A DNA stretch of 64,000 bases from Rhodothermales bacterium (GTDB lineage: Bacteria; Bacteroidota; Rhodothermia; Rhodothermales; Bin80). The translations under genes were made by a program, and so were the position numbers. Numbering within the stretch: position 1 is the first letter of the stretch; the number at the start of each line of letters is the position of its first letter. Below the pieces are notes generated by a model that searched no databases, was not told the origin of the DNA, and saw only the letters and a list, made by a program, of their open reading frames with translations. Of this stretch, positions 49,614 through 59,290 are shown piece after piece. The stretch lies in the NCBI GenBank assembly GCA_965220935.1, contig OZ244857.1, positions 2,330,931 through 2,394,930 on the forward strand. The letters run 5' to 3'.

Positions 49614-49943
49614 CTATGCATACTGAATAGGATACATATATTCCTGATTAACCAAAAATATTTTTGGTATAGAAGATTGGGAAATGAGTTTTTCTCGTTG
49701 ATCAATATCTGTGACAAACTCGAAATTTAAGAGTAGTTGACTCTCGCCAATCTGTTTATCAGATAATCCGTGGTTTAACTCCAGTAGATCTGATGCGACA
49801 TACCGCAGTTCGGTAAATAAATCATGGAATGAACCGACCTCTATAATCAGCCCCCTGATATCGCTATCTGTTATGGATAGAGTGCCATCCTGGTAAACGA
49901 AAACTTTCGCATGAAAAATTAATGAAGACTCTGTAGAGCTCAT
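49614..49943 (-). CDS. DUF1902 / HicB-like antitoxin-type protein
   Basis: 'FHAKVFVYQDGTLSITDSDIRGLIIEVGSFHDLFTELRYVASDLLELN' follows the DUF1902 pattern (A.wD.e..vW.a.S.DipGL..Ea.t.eeL......LLElN). Confidence 0.55.
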   Translation of the reverse strand: MSSTESSLIFHAKVFVYQDGTLSITDSDIRGLIIEVGSFHDLFTELRYVASDLLELNHGLSDKQIGESQLLLNFEFVTDIDQREKLISQSSIPKIFLVNQEYMYPIQYA

Positions 49944-50296
49944 GATACAATAATTTTGTGTTTAACAATGAATGTTCAAGACCAACTGTATTCCCATGCA
50001 GGCGGCAGTAGAATTGGAATTTAGTAATTTCCAAGATATTGAGCAGCAGGCGAAACTTGCTCATTCCAGGATAAATCTTTATTTAGGACTCCCTTGGATG
50101 CACCCACTGCTACTAGTTCATGATTAATAATTGCCACAAAAAAATATGATTATGGATGAACAAATATGCAAAAACTTTATTATCAATGTAAAAAGAATAC
50201 CCACATGATTTTATACTTAACCACTGCCCCAAATCAATCAATGTGCGGTCGAGAAAATCTGGAGTCATTTAAATAACACCCCTAATTCCATATCAA

Positions 50297-50690
50297 TTGC
50301 CACCATGGCTACGGTGCGTATATGCTAAAATTTCATATTTGTTTCAAGACCCAGATGTCAACCTTTTTGCCTTTCCATGGATCCACCTCATAGACGCTTG
50401 CGCATACCCGAATCACTGGGCACATGGTTCAGAGACGCTTCATATTGGCGATGATCGCAGGAGAACCATTACGAATCGTTTGATCAAATTCAAGCGCACT
50501 TTAAAGAGAAGATCGCAAATCCCGACATCAGGCAATCCACCAGCGTAAATCCCCGTGACACGTTCGTATCCTCAATCTGCTCAAAATAGCTGCGGATGGT
50601 GTGAATCAAATGTTTCTTGTGAAAATACTTGCGTGACTTCCGTTTCATTGTTGATAAGTGAAATGATGGAATCAATGATAACGAATACAC
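50297..50690 (-). pseudogene. IS4-superfamily transposase N-terminal remnant, multiply frameshifted and truncated
   Basis: 'IRSYFEQIEDTNVSRGFTLVDCLMSGFAIFSLKCA*LEFDQ' then, in another frame, 'HVPSDSGMRKRL'. This matches the conserved F..I.D.R....Y.L.DCLMSGFAMFSLK.PSLL.FD....PSDT.MR..LD N-terminus of a transposase family. No catalytic part follows. Confidence 0.45.
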
Positions 50691-50922
50691 AAATGAGCCG
50701 CAGAATAATCAACCAGCCTCGCATGAAGAACCATTGTCCTCAAATAAATGCCTAGTTGATCAGATGAGTCGTTATAACGTCCAAAATGTGCTCTTCTGAC
50801 GAAAATTCAGCAAAATAGTTTACGAAACTCACGTTTAACAATAGGCCCCAAAGTGCGCTATGGTGGGAAGTTTTAAACTTAGTGTCAAGTAGCCTGGGGG
50901 AATTTCACCCCCGGCCCTCACA

Positions 50923-50956
50923 GAACCGTACGTGAACCTCTCGATTCATACGGCTC
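50923..50956 (-). ncRNA. group II intron domain V
   Basis: GAGCCGTATG-AATCGAGAGGTTCA-CGTACGGTTC: a 34-nt hairpin with the AGC catalytic triad and a 10-bp complementary stem (allowing G-U pairs), as in domain V consensus. Confidence 0.75.
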
Positions 50957-51038
50957 TTCCTATGTAAACAGTCTTTCGACTGCTACCGTTCCCATTCGTT
51001 GCCTCCTCCGTTGGGCGATCAACTTCAACGCCATAGGC

Positions 51039-53047
51039 CTGAAGTTAACCCTAAAAATCATCAGATTCACTGGGTTTAACGGGATTTTCCTCATTTTTCT
51101 TCTCTAATATCCGCTCATTCAGGGGTATTTGGGGCATTTTTAGTGGATTTAGGGCTTATTTATCGATTTTTTGCACTTTTTTTGCGTCATTTAACCTGTC
51201 CATGTATGTTGAACAAATACCCAACCGTAACTCCAAGCCAACTTGGCTCATTCGCGAATCCAAATGGATTGATGGTAAATCCGTTAAATTCACCGTCACC
51301 AATCTTACCCGTCTCCCCCAGGCTATCATTGATGGCATTCGCATCCTCTTGAAAGGTGGCACGGCGGTCAACTCCATCAAAGACGCCTTTGAGATTCGCA
51401 GCAGCAAACCCCACGGGCATGTGGCTGCAGTCCTGGGCATGATGACCCAACTCAAGATCCATGACCTGATTGCCCCAAAGAACTCACGCTTTCGTCGTCT
51501 GGTGCTTGGGATGATTGCCGCCCGCGTGTTAGATCTGGCCAGCAAACTCCGGACCAGTACCATGCTCAGACCGCGGCCGATACCCTCAACGAAGAACTGA
51601 ACCTCAAGTACGTTGATCAGGATGACTTGTATGAAGCCATGGATCAGCTGGCCAAGTGCAAAGCAGACATTGAGCGCACGTTAGCCAAACGGCATTTGAC
51701 AGAAGGGGGGATGGTGCTCTATGACGTCAGCAGTAGTTATGTGGAAGGGGAGAAAAATTTCTTCGCGGAGTTTGGCCATAACCGAGATAAGAAAAAAGGC
51801 AAAAAGCAAGTCGTTTATGGGCTGATCACCGATGCAGAGGGACGCCCCGTCTCGGTAGAGGTCTTTCCAGGCAATACGGCAACACTTGGATGTCAGATCA
51901 CTAAGATTCAAGCGTCCTTTGGATTAAAGCATGTTATATTGGTTGGAGATCGGGGGTTATTGAAGCAGAAGCAGATTAAAGAGGAGATCATACCTGTGGG
52001 GCTGGATTGGATCACGGGTATGCAAAAGGGGGAGATCCGAAAGGTGGTAGATCACCAAGAAAAAGAGCAGCGGCGGAAAGAGGAAATGCGTGAAGTGATA
52101 GAGCAAAAGGAAATTCAGATGAGTTTATTTGATCAGCAGAATCTGGTGGAACTAGAGTGTGATTTATATCCAGATGATACCCTGATTCTGTGCAAGAACC
52201 CCTCACAAGCGGCCAAGAGTAAGCAAACACGGGATGCGTTGTTGGACAAAGCAGATGAGGGACTTAACAAGATGATCAAAGCCATCACGGCGACGCCGTG
52301 CCGATTAAAAAACGAAGCCAAAATTGGCATGCGCGTCCAGAAGGTTGTGGGCAAACACAAATGAAAGCGGTTCTACAATCTGGATGACATTAAGGAGGGA
52401 CATTTTACCTATAGCCGCAATGAACAAGCGATTAAAAAAGCCGAACTCTTGGACGGCGTGTATGCCATTCGGTCAAGTGTGAAAAAGGCCCCCGAGACAT
52501 TAGTCTCCGATTACAAGCGTTTATCTTCGGTAGAATGGGCATTTAGAACCATGAAATCCATGTCGTTGCGCGTACGCCCGATTCATCATCGGGTTATTGC
52601 GCATATCTTTTTGTGTATGTTGGCCTATTATGTAGAGTACCACCTCCGTCAGAAGCTCGCGCCCATGTTAGAAGATGACTTGCAACTCAAGAGAGCGCAA
52701 AGAAAAGATATGGTCTCGCCAGCCAAGCGCTCAGATGAAGAGAAAGCACAAAGCAAGACGACATCAGATGGCGAAACCGCCATGAGTTATGAGTCGGTGA
52801 TGAAAACTTTGTCTGGGTTGAGTCGTGTAGTGGGTGTTCCGAAAATCACAACCGAAGTGACCTTGTTTGAGGATTACAATCCGACCCAAATGAAGGCGCT
52901 AAAACTCCTGAATATCAAACTCTCCTGAGTGACCGGTTCGTCAGATTGAAGCATATTTCTGGCAGATTGCAGTCAAAAATTCTCAAATTCTCTGGAAATA
53001 CTGGAGCTTCTGGAAATTGAAAATAGGGTTAACTTCAGATAGGCCAG
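51039..53047 (+). mobile_element. second IS1634-family element (2009 bp), nested in the group II intron
   Basis: Terminal inverted repeats CTGAAGTTAACCCT at 51039-51052 and, as reverse complement, 53034-53047. 6-bp direct repeats ATAGGC at 51033-51038 and 53048-53053. Confidence 0.8.
51202..52928 (+). pseudogene. IS1634-family transposase pseudogene (one frameshift near 51590-51610 and an in-frame TGA at 52362-52364)
   Basis: 'SKPHGHVAAVLGMM', 'YDVSSSYVEGE', 'VVYGLITDAEGRPVSVEVFPGNT', 'VGDRGLL' and 'DGVYAIRSS...YKRLSSVEWAFRTMKS' are collinear with IS1634-type transposases. ORFs 51627-52364 and 52449-52928 share the same frame. Confidence 0.8.
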
Positions 53048-54109
53048 ACCCTTCGCTCCATTCCCATTACAGAAACTTTATCACTACTACGGTCTGGTCC
53101 GCCCCTGTGGGATACATTGGTACTCAGTATCTCACGGGCACTGCCCGCTTGATACGCTCCCTTTGCATTACCCCGACAGGTTCCCATGTTCCATATAAGG
53201 GCCCGAATCGCAGTCTCGCCATCTATATGCCAGAGGTCAGTCGGCCAGTAGCAGGTGCCCGCCAACCTTGTCCCAAGATTACTTCCCTACCTTGGTTTTG
53301 ACTCTGTCTAATTCTTTTCGACACGTCATCAATGGTTCATTTACATTCGACTCTACGATTCACACCTGATAGGTTTCTAACCCTACCTTTTCCCAGCACG
53401 CTCACCACGACATCTCTTGAATGTCGCAGCTGTGGGTGGTTTACAACCCCCGCCTGTACAGCGATTGTGGAGGACCTACCTCCATCCCTCATACAGTTTC
53501 AACATCTTGTCAGTTAAGTCATGGCTTACCTCCAAATATATTTACGTGGCACACGGGAATTGCTGATTAAAGGGTTCTTTTTAAATATAATTAATGTCGT
53601 GCCTTATCACATAGATACACTTATTTGAAAAGATACAACGAATATTGCAATCGGCTATAAAAACCAAAGATTTCTATTTTCTTTGGAACCAAACAGGAGC
53701 AAGAGGAGAAAACGGATCTCACTGATAAGCACAATCCGCTCCGTCATATATATTATGGAATTGTATCAACTAAACGTTTATCACTCACGCGGAAAATCAA
53801 TGTACTACCCTTACTCAGGTATCCATGTCAGATGTTTTTCAAAACAATCTCATACACAATGAAATTAAGTGCTTATGCATCTCAATAAACAGTCTCAAGC
53901 GGACAATAATTAAAATACACTCAGCACTGAGAGTCTCCTAATTCTACCCAAAATGCAAAGTCTATGCGATGCGGCGGAGACTCTCTTCTATGGGTTAGTC
54001 CCAATTCTCACCATCAAGCGCAAATAGGCATAGCGGTATAGTTATGATCATTATTAATCCATCCACAGTAATAAATATATTACCCTAATTCAATCAATAA
54101 CTAAAACAA

Positions 54110-55381
54110 ATGATTTGGACTCATCTTAATAAATATTCTGACTTGGGACATCTCATCTTTCGTATGGGATTCGGACTGGGTATGTTCATCTTTCATGGTT
54201 GGGGAAAACTGATTGGAGGACCGCAAGTATGGGAGAGAGTCGGTGAATCAATGCTGATTTTTGGAATTGGCTTTGGTCACACACTCTTTGGATTTTTAGC
54301 TGCCTTTGCAGAAACAATCGGAGCGATATGTGTCATCTTCGGCATCCTTTACCGCCCAGCAATCGCGATGCTTGGAATAACAATGCTGGTCGCAACACTA
54401 TCTCTATCACTCACGGGATCTGGTGATCCATCTCACGCTTTTAAGAATTTGTTTGTATGTACAGGGATGTTTTTAGTTGGATCTGGAAAGTATAGTCTCG
54501 ATTTTAGAATTGCAGGAAAAGTTGTGGCCGCGGCATTATTGATGATACTTCCTATTGGTGCTGACGCTCAACACAGTACCGTACATGATCAATTGAGCAT
54601 GGAAAGTGAGATTTTAAATTCCGAACGGAAATTTGCCGTCTATCTCCCACCGGACTATCATACCAGTGAGCGAAGTTATCCAGCACTTTATTTATTGCAT
54701 GGCTCTGGAGATGATCAAACTGGATGGATTCAGTTTGGAGAAGTGAAACACATCGCAGATAAAGCCATTTATGAAGGCCAAGCTACGCCAATGATTATTG
54801 TCATGCCAGACGCTAACACAGGGATACGGGGATATTTCAATGATGTCACTAACTCATGGCGTTATGAGGATTTCTTTTTTCAAGAATTGATTCCTCATGT
54901 TGAAGAACGATTCAGGATAAAATCCGAAAAACGTTATCGCGCAGTGGCTGGTTTATCGATGGGAGGTGGCGGTTCCTTCATATATGCTCTGCGCCGCCCA
55001 GACTATTTTTCATCTGCTGCTCCACTGAGCGCCTGGGTGGGGCCTAGTTCTGTGGAAGACTACAGAACTACGATGGAACGCTGGGGCAATGATCTCAGTG
55101 ACATTTCGGACGATCAAATTCAAGACTATGTGACACAACACAATGCGGTTGAGATGATCCGCACTCTGCCTGATGAAGGAATCAGATCAGTTCGATGGTT
55201 TATAGACTGTGGAGATGATGACTATCTATATGAAGGTAATTCCCTCGTACACATAGAATTGAAAAACCGCGGAATCCCTCATGAATTTCGAATCCGTGAT
55301 GGTGGTCATACATGGACATACTGGCGAGAAAGCCTGCCAGTGGTGCTTCACTTTGTATCCCAAGCATTCCACCAGTATTAA
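54110..55381 (+). CDS. DoxX-like membrane domain fused to an alpha/beta-hydrolase esterase domain
   Basis: The N-terminal ~135 aa are polytopic (DoxX-like 'FRMGFGLGMFIFHGWGKL'). They are followed by an esterase module with 'YLLHGSGDD' and 'AGLSMGGGGS'. The stop lies at 55379-55381, inside the IS duplication. Confidence 0.7.
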   Translation: MIWTHLNKYSDLGHLIFRMGFGLGMFIFHGWGKLIGGPQVWERVGESMLIFGIGFGHTLFGFLAAFAETIGAICVIFGILYRPAIAMLGITMLVATLSLSLTGSGDPSHAFKNLFVCTGMFLVGSGKYSLDFRIAGKVVAAALLMILPIGADAQHSTVHDQLSMESEILNSERKFAVYLPPDYHTSERSYPALYLLHGSGDDQTGWIQFGEVKHIADKAIYEGQATPMIIVMPDANTGIRGYFNDVTNSWRYEDFFFQELIPHVEERFRIKSEKRYRAVAGLSMGGGGSFIYALRRPDYFSSAAPLSAWVGPSSVEDYRTTMERWGNDLSDISDDQIQDYVTQHNAVEMIRTLPDEGIRSVRWFIDCGDDDYLYEGNSLVHIELKNRGIPHEFRIRDGGHTWTYWRESLPVVLHFVSQAFHQY

Positions 55382-55400
55382 ACACGATCGATGGCATGAA
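55324..55400. repeat. 77-bp target-site duplication, left copy, of IS1634-family copy B
   Basis: GCGAGAAAGCCTGCCAGTGG...CGATCGATGGCATGAA is repeated exactly at 57300-57376. It contains the last 18 codons and the stop of the esterase gene. Confidence 0.85.
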
Positions 55401-57299
55401 CCTGACTTCGACGGTTTCAGATTTGAAAGCCCTATCAAATATAGGAATTCTGAAAAAACTGAACACTACCCGCCCCCTTATTTCAGGGGGAAACGATGAA
55501 AATCAAGACCGATTGGGAGTCTTTTAGGCGCTGACCCCAATAGCACGGTCTCACGCTGTATCTTCAGTCCGACCGTCTGATAGAGGCGTGCCCCCGCATC
55601 GGTCACCTTGGATGGAAGCAGATAGTGGGCTTGATTGCCTCCGTCACAGATCATAGAGGTTTCTACCGTGCTCAGTTCTGCTAAAATCTGTCCCTCACTC
55701 AGACGCTGTTTCCCTCCAAACCTTGCGTTGTATCGGTGTCGTAGAATCCGTAATAGGGCAAAGGCGACAAAACAAATGGCCAGATGTGCGCGGACCCGAC
55801 GTTCTTTCCAGTGAAAGACAGGGCGTACGGCCATGGTGTGCTTCATCACGCGGAATCCTTCTTCAATCCGCCATAACTCCCCATAATACTGATAGATTCG
55901 CTCGGGGGACGGATCCTCTAAACTCGTCCACACACCATGTAACCCATCAAACTTCTTGTCTTTTTCAATTGCGGCCTCAGTGACGCCATCTTGCTCTATA
56001 TGAAGAAAACGCCCTGCGCGCCCCGTCCCTTTGACTCCCTGGTTCTTGACGTTCTCAATCGCCTTGTCCCGTAACTTCACATCCCGTGCGGCTTTTTTCG
56101 GACAATATCGTAGAATCAGACGCCGACCTGCAAGTTTGTGCTCGCGGACCTTACGCCCCGTTGGTAGAACCTTCCACGACGTATCTTGAAGGATGGCCTG
56201 CGTCTGCGCTTTGTTCAACGAGCGTAAGCGCGCGGCCACCACATAATCACAGTTCCAACTCCTGAGTAACGCCAAGTTATCTTTGCTCAACATTCCCCCA
56301 TCGGCCACCACAATCATCTGATCCAAATCAAACCGCTCACGGAGCTTGGTCATGGCGGGTTTCAGCGCCTTTACATCGGTGGTGTTGCCAGGAAAGATCT
56401 CATAAGTCACTGGAAGCCCCTCTTTGGTTTGAATTAACGCCAATACCACCTGAACCCTTTGTGGCTTTCCATCTTTACTATATCCCTTCTTGCGCAGCTC
56501 ATCTGAATTCTCGCTGGCAAAACTCAGCGTTGTAACATCAAAAAAGAGCACCGTTAATTTTCCCCCAAGCAGTCCCAACGTTTGATCGGATATAAGCTGC
56601 TTGAACGCCATCGCCCGATCCTCGGTGATCGCATCCATCATCCTGTAAAACTTCTCCACCGGCACCTCAACCCCTGCATCCTTAGACATCTTTCGGCTAT
56701 GCCCCAGTTTACTCTCCCCAGGTGTGGCTAGACGCAGTAACACCGCCTGCTTGAATAAGCGTCGCGCCATCTTCTGACGAGAATCAAATACCTCTGCAAA
56801 CCCCATCTGATCATACAACGCACCGATTACCTCATGAAAGCCCAAACAAATCCGTCGTATCTCATGAAGCTTCCGCGCATCCTTTATCGCCAGGGCCTTA
56901 TCCTCGCGTTTCTTCTTTCTGGCCGCCACCACCTCATCCACATACGACTCTGCGGGAAATAATGTGGGATGTCGCGCCTCTTGGATCCGCGCCAGTTCCA
57001 GGTAGGCGATTTTGACCAGTCCATCTACCGCATCTGGATGCACACTTCCCATGTGCCGAATAATGCGAATCCGTGGCTTACCGGCCTGATTGCGGTAACT
57101 CTCAACAATCTGGACTGCGATGTTTTTAGTGGTTTTACGCTTGAGTTCTCTGATAAACATGAGCACCTATATTTGTGAAGTACAAATATACGACATAAAA
57201 ACCAAAATTCCAAAACTGAACACTACACACCAAAATCGCCGAAAAGCTATATAAATAAGGAGTTTAAAATCTCAAAAATCTGAAACCGTCGAAGTCGGG
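55401..57299 (-). mobile_element. IS1634-family element, intact copy B (1899 bp)
   Basis: Terminal inverted repeats CCTGACTTCGACGGTTTCAGATTT (55401-) and the reverse complement of ...AAATCTGAAACCGTCGAAGTCGGG (-57299). Single uninterrupted transposase ORF. Confidence 0.9.
55478..57160 (-). CDS. IS1634-family transposase (intact)
   Basis: 'MFIRELKRKTTKNIAVQIVESYRNQAGKPRIRIIRHMG' is the typical IS1634 N-terminus. DDE region 'FFDVTTLSF', 'VVADGGMLS' and 'YGELWRIEEGFRVMKH'. ATG at 57160. Confidence 0.9.
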   Translation of the reverse strand: MFIRELKRKTTKNIAVQIVESYRNQAGKPRIRIIRHMGSVHPDAVDGLVKIAYLELARIQEARHPTLFPAESYVDEVVAARKKKREDKALAIKDARKLHEIRRICLGFHEVIGALYDQMGFAEVFDSRQKMARRLFKQAVLLRLATPGESKLGHSRKMSKDAGVEVPVEKFYRMMDAITEDRAMAFKQLISDQTLGLLGGKLTVLFFDVTTLSFASENSDELRKKGYSKDGKPQRVQVVLALIQTKEGLPVTYEIFPGNTTDVKALKPAMTKLRERFDLDQMIVVADGGMLSKDNLALLRSWNCDYVVAARLRSLNKAQTQAILQDTSWKVLPTGRKVREHKLAGRRLILRYCPKKAARDVKLRDKAIENVKNQGVKGTGRAGRFLHIEQDGVTEAAIEKDKKFDGLHGVWTSLEDPSPERIYQYYGELWRIEEGFRVMKHTMAVRPVFHWKERRVRAHLAICFVAFALLRILRHRYNARFGGKQRLSEGQILAELSTVETSMICDGGNQAHYLLPSKVTDAGARLYQTVGLKIQRETVLLGSAPKRLPIGLDFHRFPLK

Positions 57300-57376
57300 G
57301 CGAGAAAGCCTGCCAGTGGTGCTTCACTTTGTATCCCAAGCATTCCACCAGTATTAAACACGATCGATGGCATGAA
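57300..57376. repeat. 77-bp target-site duplication, right copy, of IS1634-family copy B
   Basis: Identical to 55324-55400. Confidence 0.85.
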
Positions 57377-57555
57377 CATATTCATCAATCATTTCTGTTT
57401 AGATTGGCGGACATGCCATTTGAAAGCAGAAAGCGTGTCATTAGGATGATTACATCTCCTCCGAAGCGATTGGACATTTGAGAGTGGATTGCAAATCTAC
57501 AGTTTAATTATCATTCATCATATGTGAGATGCCTACAAAATTTTGATCTTCGCAT

Positions 57556-58743
57556 TTAATCTGATATAACAGAATGAATCTCTCTCCACGGAATCAGTCT
57601 GGCTTGCCTTCGATTTTGAAGCAAGTCGCCCCCATGGATGAGCACTGAAGAACATTGATATTCAGAGTGATCAAAATGTTTCTTAACCCGATTAATACCG
57701 CTCAATAAGTTTGACGAAATTGTCTGACCACTTTTTGCGTCAAGAAGTGTCAATTGTTTCGGTGGGTCATTAATGATAAGATCTACTTCTGCCCCATTCT
57801 GATCCCGATAAAACGATAAAAACCTAGATGTCTCCGCCTGATTGGCATAGTGCTTGACAATCTCTGACACCGTCCAAGTTTCAAAGATTGCACCCCGAAG
57901 CGGATGCGTGCTTAGATGTTCTGATGACTGAATTCCTAATAACCAGCACACTAATCCAGAGTCATAAAAATGGATCTTTGGCATACGCACAAGACGTTTA
58001 CGCAAATTACCCTGAAAACTAAGCAGACGAAAACAAATAAAACTAGCTTCAAGAACACTTATCCAAGATTTTATTGTTGGTTGAGATATACCGCAGTCGT
58101 TCGCCAGTGCGGACAGGTTTAGTAATTGGGATGTTCGTCCCGCGCATAGTTGCACAAATTTCTGAAACACTGTAAGATCTCCAACATTGGTAATGCCTCG
58201 CACATCTCTTTCAATGTATGTGCGAACGTAATTGCTGAACCAATCACTTGGACTAATTCCCTTATCAAATATACGCGGATATCCACCATAAAAAAGGGCA
58301 TCTTCAAGTGCCTGTGGATGGTTGGAAAATCTAGTGATCTCAGTCCATGTTAACGGTAATAAGTCAATCAGCGCCGTCCTGCCAGCAAGCGACTGACTGA
58401 TAGAATTGGATAATTGAAGATTATGAGAGCCTGTAAGAATCCATTTACCTGGATCTGGGGCATTATCCACAATCTCCTGTAAATAGGACAAAAGTCCTGG
58501 GGCACGCTGAACTTCATCAATGACTGCTCCATTAGGAAATTGTGACAGGAATCCCAGTGGATCACTTAATGCAAAATCTTGATGGCTGAGGTTCTCAAGA
58601 TTAACATAGGAATGCTGACCAAAAATTGACCTGCATAATGTGGTTTTCCCGCTTTGACGTGGCCCTGTAACCGTAATTACCGGAAACATGCGAGCGAGAC
58701 TTTGGACTTTCTCCGTCACATCTCGATAAATCATTGAAATCAA
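57556..58743 (-). CDS. AAA-type ATPase with C-terminal DUF4143-like domain
   Basis: Walker A 'VTGPRQSGKTTL', Walker B-like 'AVIDEVQ', 395 aa. Architecture of the common archaeal-type ATPase/DUF4143 family. Confidence 0.75.
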   Translation of the reverse strand: MISMIYRDVTEKVQSLARMFPVITVTGPRQSGKTTLCRSIFGQHSYVNLENLSHQDFALSDPLGFLSQFPNGAVIDEVQRAPGLLSYLQEIVDNAPDPGKWILTGSHNLQLSNSISQSLAGRTALIDLLPLTWTEITRFSNHPQALEDALFYGGYPRIFDKGISPSDWFSNYVRTYIERDVRGITNVGDLTVFQKFVQLCAGRTSQLLNLSALANDCGISQPTIKSWISVLEASFICFRLLSFQGNLRKRLVRMPKIHFYDSGLVCWLLGIQSSEHLSTHPLRGAIFETWTVSEIVKHYANQAETSRFLSFYRDQNGAEVDLIINDPPKQLTLLDAKSGQTISSNLLSGINRVKKHFDHSEYQCSSVLIHGGDLLQNRRQARLIPWREIHSVISD

Positions 58744-59290
58744 TAATCAGTAAAATTAAAGTTCAATTTTGAATTATCCTAATATATGAAAAATTTAATC
58801 ATGAGTTCACGATTCGTTTTCTCTTTAACTCATTCAGATTGACCGCTAAATTTTCTTTGACTTCTTAGTTTATCATAATAGGAATTCACTTGACATGAGC
58901 ACTCCAAATACCTGCATTTCAAATCAATAAGTTATAATATTCAGTAAATACACTTGAAAACTGAATTTATTGAATTTGGCTGCCCCCTGAAGTAAGCATC
59001 CAAATCAGGATTTTTCGTAAATTGCTACGATGATTGTCATTCCTTCTGCACATTTCGTCGGCGAGATAAGCACATTACTTTGAGAACACCTGTATATCAT
59101 TTCTGTCTAATCATTACATTGCGAGATTCTATTCCATACAAAAGGCGTTATCGTAAGATTGATATTACAGGAGCCCCCTGATAATTAAGTAAAAACGTGC
59201 GTTAGTGGTTACCAGCGATATGTATGTGATTTGATTTGCAGTATTAGCTATTCTTATCAATAAATTAACAACTAAGTAAGAAAGACTTTT

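Larger units (their letters stand above)
50889..53554 (-). mobile_element. ORF-less group II intron (about 651 nt of ribozyme) interrupted by a 2009-bp IS
   Basis: On the minus strand the 5' end is GTGTG (53554-53550; consensus GUGYG). Domain V is at 50923-50956. Domain VI is GGCC-GGGGG-TGAAATT-CCCCC-A-GGCT with a bulged A 7 nt from the 3' end, ending ...CTAC at 50889. No reverse-transcriptase ORF is present. Confidence 0.7.

Noticed and set aside
52362-52364. In-frame TGA in the second IS1634-type transposase as a recoding (Sec/readthrough) signal
   Set aside because: The same gene also has a frameshift and an apparent internal deletion, so a plain nonsense mutation in a decaying IS is far more likely.
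53017-53517. ORFs 53017-53301(+), 53035-53265(-) and 53332-53517(+)
   Set aside because: They fall inside the structured domain I-III RNA of the group II intron. They have no RT/maturase motifs and are probably non-coding.
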